The notes under the pieces were generated by a model that saw nothing but the letters and a program-made list of their open reading frames with translations, had not been told where the DNA came from and ran no database searches. From the human T2T-CHM13v2.0 reference genome, Homo sapiens, in the NCBI RefSeq assembly GCF_009914755.1, contig NC_060926.1: 64,000 bases of DNA; one strand, 5' to 3'. The position numbers and the translations under genes were made by a program. Below are positions 1 through 11,350 of this stretch, piece by piece (the stretch's first letter is position 1; each line of letters opens with the position of its first letter).

Positions 1-88
1 TTGTTTGTTGATTTGTTTTCTGTATTTTAATTTTCTACTGATCTGTATCTTATCATTACCAAGAATTTCATACCCATTTATTTGATAA

Positions 89-451
89 TGTTATGGATTG
101 AATGTTTGTGTCCCATCAAAATGTATATGTTGAAACCACAATGTGGGTGTATTTGTAGACAAGAACTGTGAGATGATAAGGGTTAAATGAGGTTATAATG
201 GTGGGACACTAACCAGATAGGGCTGATGCCTTTATAATAAGATGAAGAGGCACCAGAGCTCTTTCTCTACCATATGAAAATACAGATAAAAACCAGCCAT
301 TTGCAACTCAGAAATAGAGCCTTCACCGGAAATGAATTTACTAGCAATTGATCTTGAACTTTGCAAGCCTCCAGAACCATGAGAAAATTAATTTCTGTTT
401 AAGCCACTCAGTTTGTGGTATTATATTATGGCAGCCTGAGCTTACTAAAAA
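89..451 (+). mobile_element. MaLR solo LTR (MLT1A-like)
   Basis: Starts TGTTATGGATTGAATGTTTGTGTCCC; contains CCTCCAGAACCATGAGAAAATTAATTTCTG and TTTAAGCCACTCAGTTTGTGGTATT...GCAGCC, typical of MLT1 LTRs. Confidence 0.8.
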
Positions 452-819
452 ATATAGTCAAAAATTGCCAATCTGAAGGCTTTAGAGCTGCAGTCATACA
501 GACTTCATCTAATATTTGATGAGCATTTAGAAGATGCCAATCACAGTGAACAAATTATTAAGAATCAACTGTTGCCCTTAGCTCAAAATCTGGAGTAGGA
601 GCACAATATCATTTACATAAGTAATAGAAATCATTTATGTTCAAAACATGATGCATTTTTGTAATTCCAACTTAAATTTTATAAATTTTAAATTCAAAAT
701 TATATGTCTTACAGTAATTCAAAACTTCTCTTACATTTAGCCAAATAAGGTATAGAAATGATATTATGGCTACCAAAAAAGTATGCAAAAGTATTTAAAA
801 GATATTTAATGGTATAATT

Positions 820-985
820 TTAGAAATCCTATACTAAAGTAAAAAAGAGATCAAGATGCCCGTGGTAACCACCACATTTCAACATTGTACCGTAGTCCTA
901 CCAAAGCAAAGCAATAAGACTAGAAAAAATATAAATAAGCAATATACATACTACATATATCAGGAAGAAAGAGAAATCTCTTTTT
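820..985 (+). mobile_element. Ancient L1 ORF2 (RT-region) fragment
   Basis: CAAGATGCCC...CCACATTTCAACATTGTAC...GTCCTACCAAAGCAA...AATAAGACTAGAAAAAA resembles the degraded '[26 protein letters not shown]' coding segment. Confidence 0.55.
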
Positions 986-1104
986 TCTTCTTTTTATAGA
1001 CCAGTGCTGGATATTAGATCAATATTAATAAAATAATACAGAGAATTCTTTCATACTGGTTAAAACCAATTAATATATAAAAGAGAAATGATAATGATAG
1101 TGAT

Positions 1105-1350
1105 TAATAATGACTAATACTTTCTATATGATTATTACCTAGCAGGCACTGACTAAATACTTTTCATGGGTCATTTCATGTAATCCTCACAGCATTCCAA
1201 TGAAATTTTCTCTTGCCATTAGCACCTTACAGAAGAAGAACTGAGTTTTTGGAGGGGTTAGGTAACATAGAGATTCATCACTAGTATGTGGCACAACTAC
1301 ACTAAAATTCAACTGTCTAACAGTGTAGCCCATAGTCTGGGCCATTGTGT
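1105..1350 (-). mobile_element. MIR SINE
   Basis: GGCACTGACTAAATACTTT...TCATTTCATGTAATCCTCACAGC...TTACAGAAGAAGAACTGAG, the MIR core in antisense. Confidence 0.65.
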
Positions 1351-2439
1351 TTATTATATTTCTTTTCTTGAAATCTTTCATTTTCTTTGTTTGGGCCGGT
1401 AAAACCTCATCAGTTTGCTCTGCATGTGAGTTTAAAGACAAGAGTGGTATTTTAAAATGTGAAGAGATGCTCTTCCAGAGGCACACAACTATTACTGTTT
1501 GTGTGTCTTCATGTTATAGATGCTAGTCCAGCTCCATCATCTGTACTTAGCTTTAGCTGTTCATTTCTCTTGGGACATAAATACCTGTTTAAAATAAAGA
1601 CTGCAATGATTAGAGACTTAAATGAGATTGAGGAGAAATTTTCTCTACATAGAAAAACTACAAGTTTTCTCCTTCAAAAATTTACTGAGCATCAATTACC
1701 CAAAATGTAGTCTGCTAATTGCCACAGGGGATGCAAATTTATTTCTAATCTATCAGCAATTATACAGAATTTAAGTCTGCATGCTTCTCCAACACAACTT
1801 AGTTGACCAAACTTCCCCTGCTCAAACTCTTCTTGAATAATCTCATTCACATATGTGGTTTCAGCTACTTCCATTGAATTTAAAACTTAAATCCATGTTT
1901 CGAATTCAGTTTTATTTATAAAATTCTTATCAGTATATCCAACTACACTTAGATTTCTTCAACTACGCTACTCAAACATCTTATCTAAAAGTGAATGCCC
2001 CATTTTTCCCTTCATCCATCCTCACCTCAGTCTTTCTTAAATTACTGTACCTTGTGAGACTATTCACTATTTATTGTATACTAAACTTTTGTTCTTTACA
2101 AATTCATATCTTATGGATGACTCCCTTTTGGAACTTAATGTGTTCAATCAACTTTGAGGTTACTTTATTCCAGAATTAATTATCCATTGTAATAAGCTAA
2201 GTTTTTTTAAACAAAAAATACTACCATAGTTGTGCTAATAAAAATAGAAAGTAAACCTGGAATATAAGACATACTCCTGTACTATTCAAATGGGATATTA
2301 CCTCCAGATAAATAAATGAAATTTCAGAACAGGGAATAAACATAACTTGAAATTGTAGCCAAATAATTTTAGAGTTGAATAAAGACTAATACAATAACGA
2401 TGTTTTAAAATGAAGGCACTGAATATTAGAAAAAGTGTT

Positions 2440-3400
2440 AGTGGGAGAAAATTTTTGCAAGCTACCCATCTGACAAAGTCTAATATCCAGAATCTACGAG
2501 GACCTTAAACAAATTTACAAGAAAAAAAATCCACCAAAAAGTGGGCAAAGGGTATGAACAGACACCTCTCAAAAGAAGACATTTATGCAGCCAACAAACA
2601 CATGAAAAAGAGCTCATCATCACTGGTCATTAGAGAAAGGCAAATCAAACCCACAATGAGATACCATCTCACGCCAATTAGAATGGCAATTATTAAAAAG
2701 TCAGAAAACAACAGATGCTGGTGAGGATTTGGAGAAATAGGAATGCTTTTATTCTGATGGTGGGAGTGTAAATTAGTTCAACCATTGTGGAAAACAGTGT
2801 GGTGATTCCTCAAGGATCTAGACCCAGAAATGCCATTTGACCCATCAATCCCATTACTGGGTATACACCCAAAGGATTATAAATCGTTCTACTATAAAGA
2901 CACATGCACACGCATGTTTATTGCAGCACTATTCACAATAGCAAAGACTTGGAACTAACACAAATGTCCATCAGTGATAGACTGGATAAAGAAAATGTGG
3001 CACATACACACGGCGGAGTACTAAAAAAAGAATGAGTTCATGTCCTTTGCAGGGACTTGGATGAAGCAGGAAGCTATCATCCTCAGTAAACTAACACAGG
3101 AACAGAAAACCAAACACCATATGTTCTCACTCATAAGTGAGAGCTGAACAATGAGAACACATGGACACAGATAGGGGAACATCACACACCGGGACCTCTT
3201 GGGGGGTGGGGTAAAGGGGAGGGAGAGCATCAGGAAAAATACCTAATGCATGCGGGCTTAAAACCTAGATGACAGGTTGATGGGTGCAGCAAACCACCAT
3301 GGCACATGGATACCTATGTAACAAACCTGCACATTCTGCACACGTATCCCAGAACTTAAAGTAAAATACAAAATATATATGTTTCTTTTTTAAAAAAAGA
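2440..3400 (+). mobile_element. 5'-truncated L1PA (about L1PA8-10), ORF2 end plus 3'UTR
   Basis: AGTGGGAGAAAATTTTTGCAA... through the G-rich 3'UTR, GGGCTTAAAACCTAGATGACAGGTTGATGGGTGCAGCAAACC and an A-rich tail; TSD not resolved. Confidence 0.92.
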
Positions 3401-4799
3401 AACATCAATTTCATTTAGCAGTTAGATTTTTTGAATCGCCAAACATTTGGTCACATTTCATATATCAATATAAATTATCATTTTATATGACAAGCTGCAA
3501 TCATAAAGGTATATCAGTTTGAAGTTACTTTGGAAAAATAATAACGTTCACACTATATTTGAAGAGAAAAGCAAACTGTGCTTTTTAACATAAAATAGTT
3601 TACATACAATCCTGTAGTAATTGTTCTCTTTTTCAACAATATAGCAATTGCCCATTATCTTAGAAAAAGCAAGTTGGGACACTTTTGATAGAGAATGTAC
3701 ATTGTTATAATTCATTTGTGCCATACATAGCCAGCAAATGTTTTTAAGCATTTAGAGATAAATTGTTTCTGCTGTTTTCTACCAGTGTCATTTATCTATC
3801 AAATTCTTGATAGATGGACAGATTTCCTGCACTCATAGTCTTCAAACTAACTCCTTGGAAAAATTCAGAGTAAATTGATGATAAGTTCACTTTACATTCA
3901 AGAGTTTGTTGCTCATATAATTGGCCAACACATGCAACACAAGCTTCACAAGCACTCTATTTTAAACCTTTTGACCACATTGGGTTGTCAAAGCACTTAG
4001 AGATGCTTTTCTTTAGTAGAAGTAACTTACTAAGTTATGGCTGACAGGTAATTTAAAATTTAATTGTATTATTAGAGTAAATGAATGTTTATCTAGTGAT
4101 CCGACAGCACGGTATAGAGTATTATTACAGATTTCACTAGTAGATCAATAACATGATCTCAAGACTTTCATTGGTCGGTCTTAGCGCGCCCCCTATGGCC
4201 ACTAGGGAGAAAATTAAAACTAACTAAACCGAAACTTAAGTTTACTTTGTAAGCATACAACATTCCTTATCACAAACTAAACTTCCTTTTCACTCACCCA
4301 AAAAGCTGAGGGTAAAATTTACATTTTATTTGGCTCAACAGATCTGTGGTAAACAGTTATTTTCATACTGGAGACGCTCAACTGTGAAACAACCCCACAC
4401 GCAGTGTCTAAACTGACATTTTTACTACGGAATAAACAATCTTCACTATCATCCTTTACACTGAACATTAACAATCAGTAACTACAATGTTTTCCCTCTT
4501 TGTGCTTCTTCACTTTAATGATATGTATTGCCTTTTCCCTTAAAATAATCGTCATAATAGCTCCATAAGTTTCAGTTAGAAACTAAGGGTTAATTTCCAG
4601 CAGGCAAGCCTGAGATCTGCTAAATGGGACTAAGGAGTCTAAAAGGAAAAAAATAAAAACAATATTTCCTTCATCTCCCTGCCTCGCACTCAATCCTCCA
4701 CCCGGTTGTTTATAAACAATCCCCTCGACTGTGGATGCCAAATTGTTCCTTTGGGCTGTGCCAGCCCCAGGACCTCACTCACCTAAAGGATACCGTTGC

Positions 4800-4847
4800 A
4801 GCTCCACCAAACGTCTGTGAAACGGGGCCTTACGCCTCTCTCCTGGC

Positions 4848-4897
<50 letters not shown>

Positions 4898-5600
4898 TCA
4901 GGGCGTGTGTATTCGCCTGGCCCGTGTGTGTGTGTGGTCAGGGCGTGTGTGTTCGTGTGCGCGCCGCTTCGCTAACGCAGAGTCCTCGCCAGACGCTCTG
5001 GGAAACAGGTGTTGCAGGGGGCGCAAGATCCAGCGACACCTACAGACTGGGGGTGACGCCCCCGACTTGGCCGTGTGGGGAACAGCCGAAGCAGAAGCAG
5101 GGACCCTCTTCCTGGAGCCCAAGAGAAGCTTCCAGACTCACCAATTTGGCGGGTACGGGGCAAACTTGTAGCCGGAAGCGAGGCGCAGCTGGGGCAGCCC
5201 GGGCCGGGTCCTGCCGCACTGGAGCTCCGGGTTGGTCCCACTATCTGAGGGGAACCGCTGGAGTTCGGGTTTGACCCTCAGTCCCCTGCCGCCCGCGGCA
5301 GCTAGCGGGAGGCGGGAAGGGAGTGGCTGCTGGAGCGGCCGGCAGAGGCTCGTGCTCTTCCTGGGAGTCACCGGGTCCCGCAGCTCAGGGGGTGGAGGTC
5401 ACGGACGCCGCTACCGCCAACTCGCAAGGCCTCTGCTTCCCTCTGTCCCAGGATCCAAGGCCCTGTCTCTAGGAGAGTCCTGGGTCCTCGGGGAGTGGTC
5501 CAGAGGGCCCCTCCTGTCGTGCCCGCGCTGACCATCTGCCCCAGGACAAAGGCTCCCGAGGCTAGGTGGGCCTTGCTTCTGGGCTGTTGGCTGCCGGGTC
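4800..5600. promoter_or_regulatory. CpG island, probable promoter
   Basis: Sharp GC/CpG-rich island in an otherwise AT-rich, CpG-depleted window; CCAAT 5141-5145, E2F-like TTTGGCGGG 5145-5153, ETS-like CCGGAAG 5172-5178; minus-strand GTGAGT donors after 5142 and 4783. Confidence 0.8.
4842..4955. repeat. (TG)23 microsatellite within a two-copy unit CCTGGCCCG-(TG)n-GTCAGGGCGTGTGTnTTCG
   Basis: (TG)23 at 4851-4896 and (TG)6 at 4925-4936 with near-identical flanks. Confidence 0.95.
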
Positions 5601-5705
5601 CAGGAAGCCCTCTGAAATTTTGTCTCTGACCTGACCAGATTGGACTTGCATACTTATAGAGAAATGTCAATCTGTGGCCCAAAATATTGAACTCATGATG
5701 GTAGG

Positions 5706-6146
5706 TGAGGTAGGAGGCGGTATTAGACTCCAGAGGCGGGGCTCGGACAGCAGACCAAATTGAGAACTAGCTAACACATGGTGAGGGGAGCAGCATCCCA
5801 TAAGACACGCTCACCAGTGTGCCATGTCAGTTTACTATTGCCGTGGGATTACCCAAAGTTACCACCCTCATCATAGAAATTTCTGCATAAACTGCCCCTT
5901 AATTTGCATATAATTAAAAGTGCGTATAACTATGAGTGCAGAACTGCCTCTGAGCTGCGACTCTGAGCACACTGCCTGTGGGGTAGCCCTGCCACAAGGA
6001 GCAGTACCTCTGCTGCTGCTTTACACTGCAGCTTCAGTAAAAGTTGCTGTTTACCACCACTAGCCTGCCCTTGAAATCTTTCCTGGGCAAAGCCAAGAAC
6101 CCTCCCTGACTAAGCCTCAATTTAGGGGCTTGATTATCCTGCATCA
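5706..6146 (+). mobile_element. ERV1 solo LTR (MER66/MER41-group-like)
   Basis: TG...CA ends (TGAGGTAGGAGGCGG...CCTGCATCA); internal CCAGTGTGCCATGTCAGTTTAC, GGGTAGCCCTG and GCCAAGAACCCTCC motifs of MER4-group LTRs. Confidence 0.75.
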
Positions 6147-6934
6147 TTGATAATTTTTAATCTCTTACAATTATTAAAGAAGAATTTTAGCTATATATGA
6201 AAAAGTGAGTTTTATCCCAGCAGATAATGTTCCAGCTACTTAATGAAATTTAGAACAAAACACTGATGTCTCCCTTAATGCTACATTTCACAATGTGATC
6301 CATATTCAAAATATTTGTTCTCAGTTTTCTGAAACAACCCATATAAAATGTCTTAAATACACTTGTTAAAATCGTTCAGTATACACGTGCAAATGATATG
6401 AATCATCTCCAGTTTATGAAGCTATTGAAAGAAATAGAAGATGATTTATTTAATGGTCTTGTACTCTTTGCCATACTGATTAATTATCAAAAGAGCTTTA
6501 CAAAATTTGCCTGAAAGTAAACAGATGCTTGACAAATATTCAATATTCAAAGGCCCTAAAATTGGTGATATAATTTGTCTTTGCCCTCTATCACACTGCA
6601 GATGAATAAGCTAACTGAAACTCCATGAAAAGGGACATCTTATTTTTGACTTATTAGGTGCCGGAATTTATGTTGACATCAAAACTTTCCATAATAAAAT
6701 ATTTTAAACCTTTTCTAACATCAACCTGCAAAATATTTTTATTTTGATCAGCAGCATTAATTAAATTTGCTGTGAAAATCTACAAGAAAAATTTGAACAC
6801 TTCATTGATATGTATAAATGTAGCATTACTTTTTGATTAATAGAATACTGTTTTGAATTCAATATTAATACTGTGTGGCTCAAGAGTTAGGGAATTTACT
6901 TAATTTGCACAGAAAAAAATTTATTTCTGATGCA

Positions 6935-7150
6935 AATGTAATATCTAAATTGAGATATGCTATAAGTATAAAATACTGAATTGCAAAGATGATATGAATA
7001 TAAAAGTATAAAATATCTCATTAATACAATTTATATTGTTAATGTTTTGATATATTGAGTTAAATAAAAAGTATTAAAATTAACTTCACTTGTTTCTTTT
7101 TACATTTTAAATTACATATATGGCTCAAATTATATTTCTATTTGACAGAA
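6935..7150 (-). mobile_element. hAT-Charlie MITE fragment (MER33-like)
   Basis: AATTGAGATATGCTATAAGTATAAAATAC...AAAATATCTCATTAAT...TTACATATATGGCTCAAATTATATTTCTATTTGACAG matches recalled MER33 in antisense. Confidence 0.65.
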
Positions 7151-7694
7151 TTTGTTGAGTAAATTTTAGTTACACTCTAATCTTCCCAAAGCTTATGTCT
7201 AAAATAGGAATACCTGTCTTTTCTACTTTACAAAAGTTTTTGAAAAATCATATTAAATACTGTGTGTGAGATAGTTTGGACAGGAAAAAATGCTCTCTAC
7301 ACAAGCACAGATTGTAAATGTTGACCATGAAAATCACAGTTAAAAAAACCATGCAGACTTCAGGAGGCAGAAAACATGTAATCAGGTTGTTACCCTACCT
7401 ATAGGGAGTTCAAGAATTGTGTAGTAAAAGATTTAAAGGCATGTGTATAGAAATTATGGTTTAAAATTAAAGCTCTACAACATATTAAAGATCTCTCATG
7501 CACAGAATATAAAGTCCTGAGATTTTCATACCTCTACAAATAAAATATCTTGCCCATTACCTTAAGCACACTCTCATTTCTCTTCCTACCCCTCAACATA
7601 CTATTAATTATTGATTAATTACAACATGTTATTCAGCTGAGACCATTCCATGTTAATTATCACAACACTTCAGTAATGTGTATTATGTCTCAAT

Positions 7695-8269
<575 letters not shown>

Positions 8270-9233
8270 TATGTTCCCGTTTTTTAACATGAGAATGTGC
8301 TGTCCTGGATGTATATTGTGATTTTTCAAAAAATGACTTGGAATATGTAGCTGGAAACTGGGATATAAGTATTACAAAGGAGTAAAGCCTGGGATGGAAG
8401 TGTAATATTTTCCTGATCTTATATTGCTCAGATGCCTCAAGACAGTTTCATGATTCTTACAATGCTAACATGGATTTATTCTTTCTTAATATCCTGGATG
8501 AACATAGCAATGGAAAGAGGGGAGTAATGTGGACATGTGGATTTAATGGGCTTTCTTTTTTTTTCTTTCTGTTGAATAAAGTATGGAACAGCCATGAACT
8601 CTCAACAGTGTATTGTGTACAATGTTAGAGCACCAGCCATTGGAAGCCTGCTGAAAATGTGGTCCTCATTTTTGGCCTGGTAGCTCCCTGTGTGATTTGA
8701 GAGGCCCAAAGGGAAAGAGAGAGGGAGAAAGAGTGCAGACCTCGGTATAGAAGTGCCTTAAGGAATAAAACTAAATTGTTATGTTGGCAAATGTTACCTT
8801 GAAAATCAACAAGATCTATTATTTCACTTGTGGCCTTCATAATTACAGCTTTTAATACTTATATAAGTGTACTTCAGCTACAGCATCATGATTTTTAACA
8901 TTTTAATATGTATCTTCATAAACATGCCATAAATATGTTATCAGCATTGAGGGCATTGCTTTACTTAGCAGAATTACCCAGTAATCTTATTTTGCTGATA
9001 GCTCTGAGTTTCTGAAAAATATCATTTAAAACTCATTAGCAAAATCTCTTAATGTATATAATGCTTCATGGTCTATTTACTTATTGTTTATATCATTATC
9101 TGTCTTATTTCTCTTACTAAGACAATTTTATCAGGACACTTAAGCACTGTAATTTTCTAGTTACTCCAATTTCTCCTGTGTATTTTATCAGATACAGTTC
9201 AATAATGTGTTGTCAGTTAAATCATTATAATTT

Positions 9234-9851
9234 TTAATATTTGATTTCTTATTGAAAAATATTAATTGTATATATTTATAGGGCATATTATATTTATATA
9301 TAGTTTTGATATCTGTATACATTGTGGAATGATTAAATCAGCTAATTAAGATACCTATCACTTCACCTACTTATTTTTTGTGGTGGGAGTATTTAAAATG
9401 TATTTTTATTAGCAATTTTGGAGATACATTACTTTGAACTATAGTTATCGTGCTGTGCAATAGATTTTCAGAACCAATTGTCTAACTGAAACTTTGTACT
9501 CTTTAATCAATATCTATCCTTTCCCCATTCCCTCACTGCCCCCCACCTGCCAGATTCTAGTAAACGCCCTTCTACTCTTGACGTCTGCAAGTTCAAATTT
9601 CCAAAATTTCACATGTAAGTGAGATCATGCAGTATTTGTCTTACTGTGCCATGCTTATTTCACTTAGCATAATGTCCTCCAGGTTCATCCTGGTGAGGAT
9701 ATGGAAAAAAGGGAACCCTTTTACACTGTTGGTGGGAATGTAAATTGGTACAGCCATTATGGAAAACTAAAAATAGAATTACCATATGATCCAGCAATCT
9801 CACTTCTGGGTATACATATCCAAAGGAATTAAAATCAGTATGTTGAAGAGA
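9234..9851 (-). mobile_element. Old L1MA-type element with 5' inversion
   Basis: L1 3'UTR antisense 9234-9690 joined to a sense ORF2-end segment 9691-9851; TSD TAAATCATTA(T/C)AATTT at 9218-9233 and 9852-9867. Confidence 0.8.
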
Positions 9852-10164
9852 TAAATCATTACAATTTCATTGAAGGTTTTATTTAATCGAAGTTTGAGAA
9901 TGTCTAAAAAATATTGATGAAAGTTTTATTACCAAAAGTTAATCTGGTTTTCTAAAAACAGTTTATATTAATTCACTTTGTTTATGCTATAATTCTTTGA
10001 AAAATGAATTTAAATAATAAGTTTACTATGGCAAAATTGCAGGGTGAAAGAAGGATAGATTTTAACCACACTGTTCCGACATGAATGGTGAGTGGTGACA
10101 ATAGTGAAAATAAAATATAATACAGTCAGACAGAGTAATATAAAGCTTAAACAGCCCTAGGAGA

Positions 10165-10305
10165 TAGAAGTTTTCATCCAAGACTTACTTCTAATTAACA
10201 GTTGCCTTCAGACAGGTTATTTAACAACACTAGGCCTCAGTTTCTCTTTTTGATAAAAAGATGGTGTTGAAAAGATTGTTTTTCTGATTCTTTGCACATC
10301 TATAA
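10165..10305 (+). mobile_element. MIR fragment
   Basis: CCTTCAGACAGGTTATTTAACAACACTAGGCCTCAGTTTCTC core. Confidence 0.55.
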
Positions 10306-11350
10306 TTGTAAGTAAGGATAAATACAAACAGCTAAAATATCTATGTTGATCTTGGGAGACATTTATTGCTTAGAGGAAGTTTCTCTAAACTATTGGCATT
10401 GTGGCAATAGAAGGATGGATATATCTGACATATAATTTTGTTGCTGATATGATCTCATTGTTATCAACTAGATGGCTTTATTTATTTATTTATTTATTTT
10501 TGGCAAGTTAGTACATACACTGATTTGTGTTCCAGATCTTAATCATCCCCATCCCCGCTGAAATGGGTGCATACCTTGAATTGTTTAAACACCCTTGCGA
10601 TATCTAGGGAAATGATGAGGATTGAATTTGACTCAAACCGATGACTGTTAATTCTAAAGCTAAGAAAGAGTTTAAAATTCTTCATGTATTAATATAATCA
10701 AGTTTGTGCAGAAAGAAGTTGAAGATTGGTTTGTTAATCCACTACTTAGATGATTTTAATTAAAGCATTTAATAATTAATTTAAAAACAATTAATTTAAC
10801 TTGAATTTATTTAAACACCATTTTTTGGTAGTGACTTATAAGAAAAACTTAGAATTTAAGAAGGAAGGTGTGTTTGAGTTTTGCTCTGACAATCTATCAC
10901 AAAAGTAATCCTATCTATATTTCAGCGTCTCTCAAAATGTTATGATAATTATTCTGATTAAAAAAATCAAACTTTCTAAAACATGTTGGTGTGTAAGGTT
11001 GATGAAATTAGATGTTCTCTTAGAGCTCTGCATGACAAGCCAAGATTCATATTGGTTAATAAATCATGATTTACTAATGGAAAAATTTCACTAGGGATAC
11101 CTGAAGACCAAACTTCATGTAAAATAGGAAGATTCAGAGTGCTCACAGGTATTGATGATATAACGGTCACAGTGCAGTTTTCTTAATATGAATGGGCTAG
11201 GACAGCAGAAGAGGGAACTATTTATCTAGAGAATATTAATCTTATAGGAATGAATAAGAAATATTACTGGATAAAATTTGCCAGAATTTGGAAGAGCTAA
11301 CATCTATTGCAATAGAGGCAAATTGAATCAATGGGAGTTACATTGACTTA

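Noticed and set aside
3548-3751. Minus ORF with a GTATGT donor-like site near 3603 as a coding exon
   Set aside because: No convincing acceptor or protein similarity; consistent with chance in AT-rich DNA
4735-5682. Overlapping ORFs of 74-179 aa on both strands across the CpG island
   Set aside because: Explained by stop-poor GC-rich DNA and the TG repeat (VCVC runs); no recognisable domain
11320-11350. Possible TSD for the L1PB (GAATCAATGG versus GAATCACAGATGG after the tail)
   Set aside because: Match too short and gapped to support
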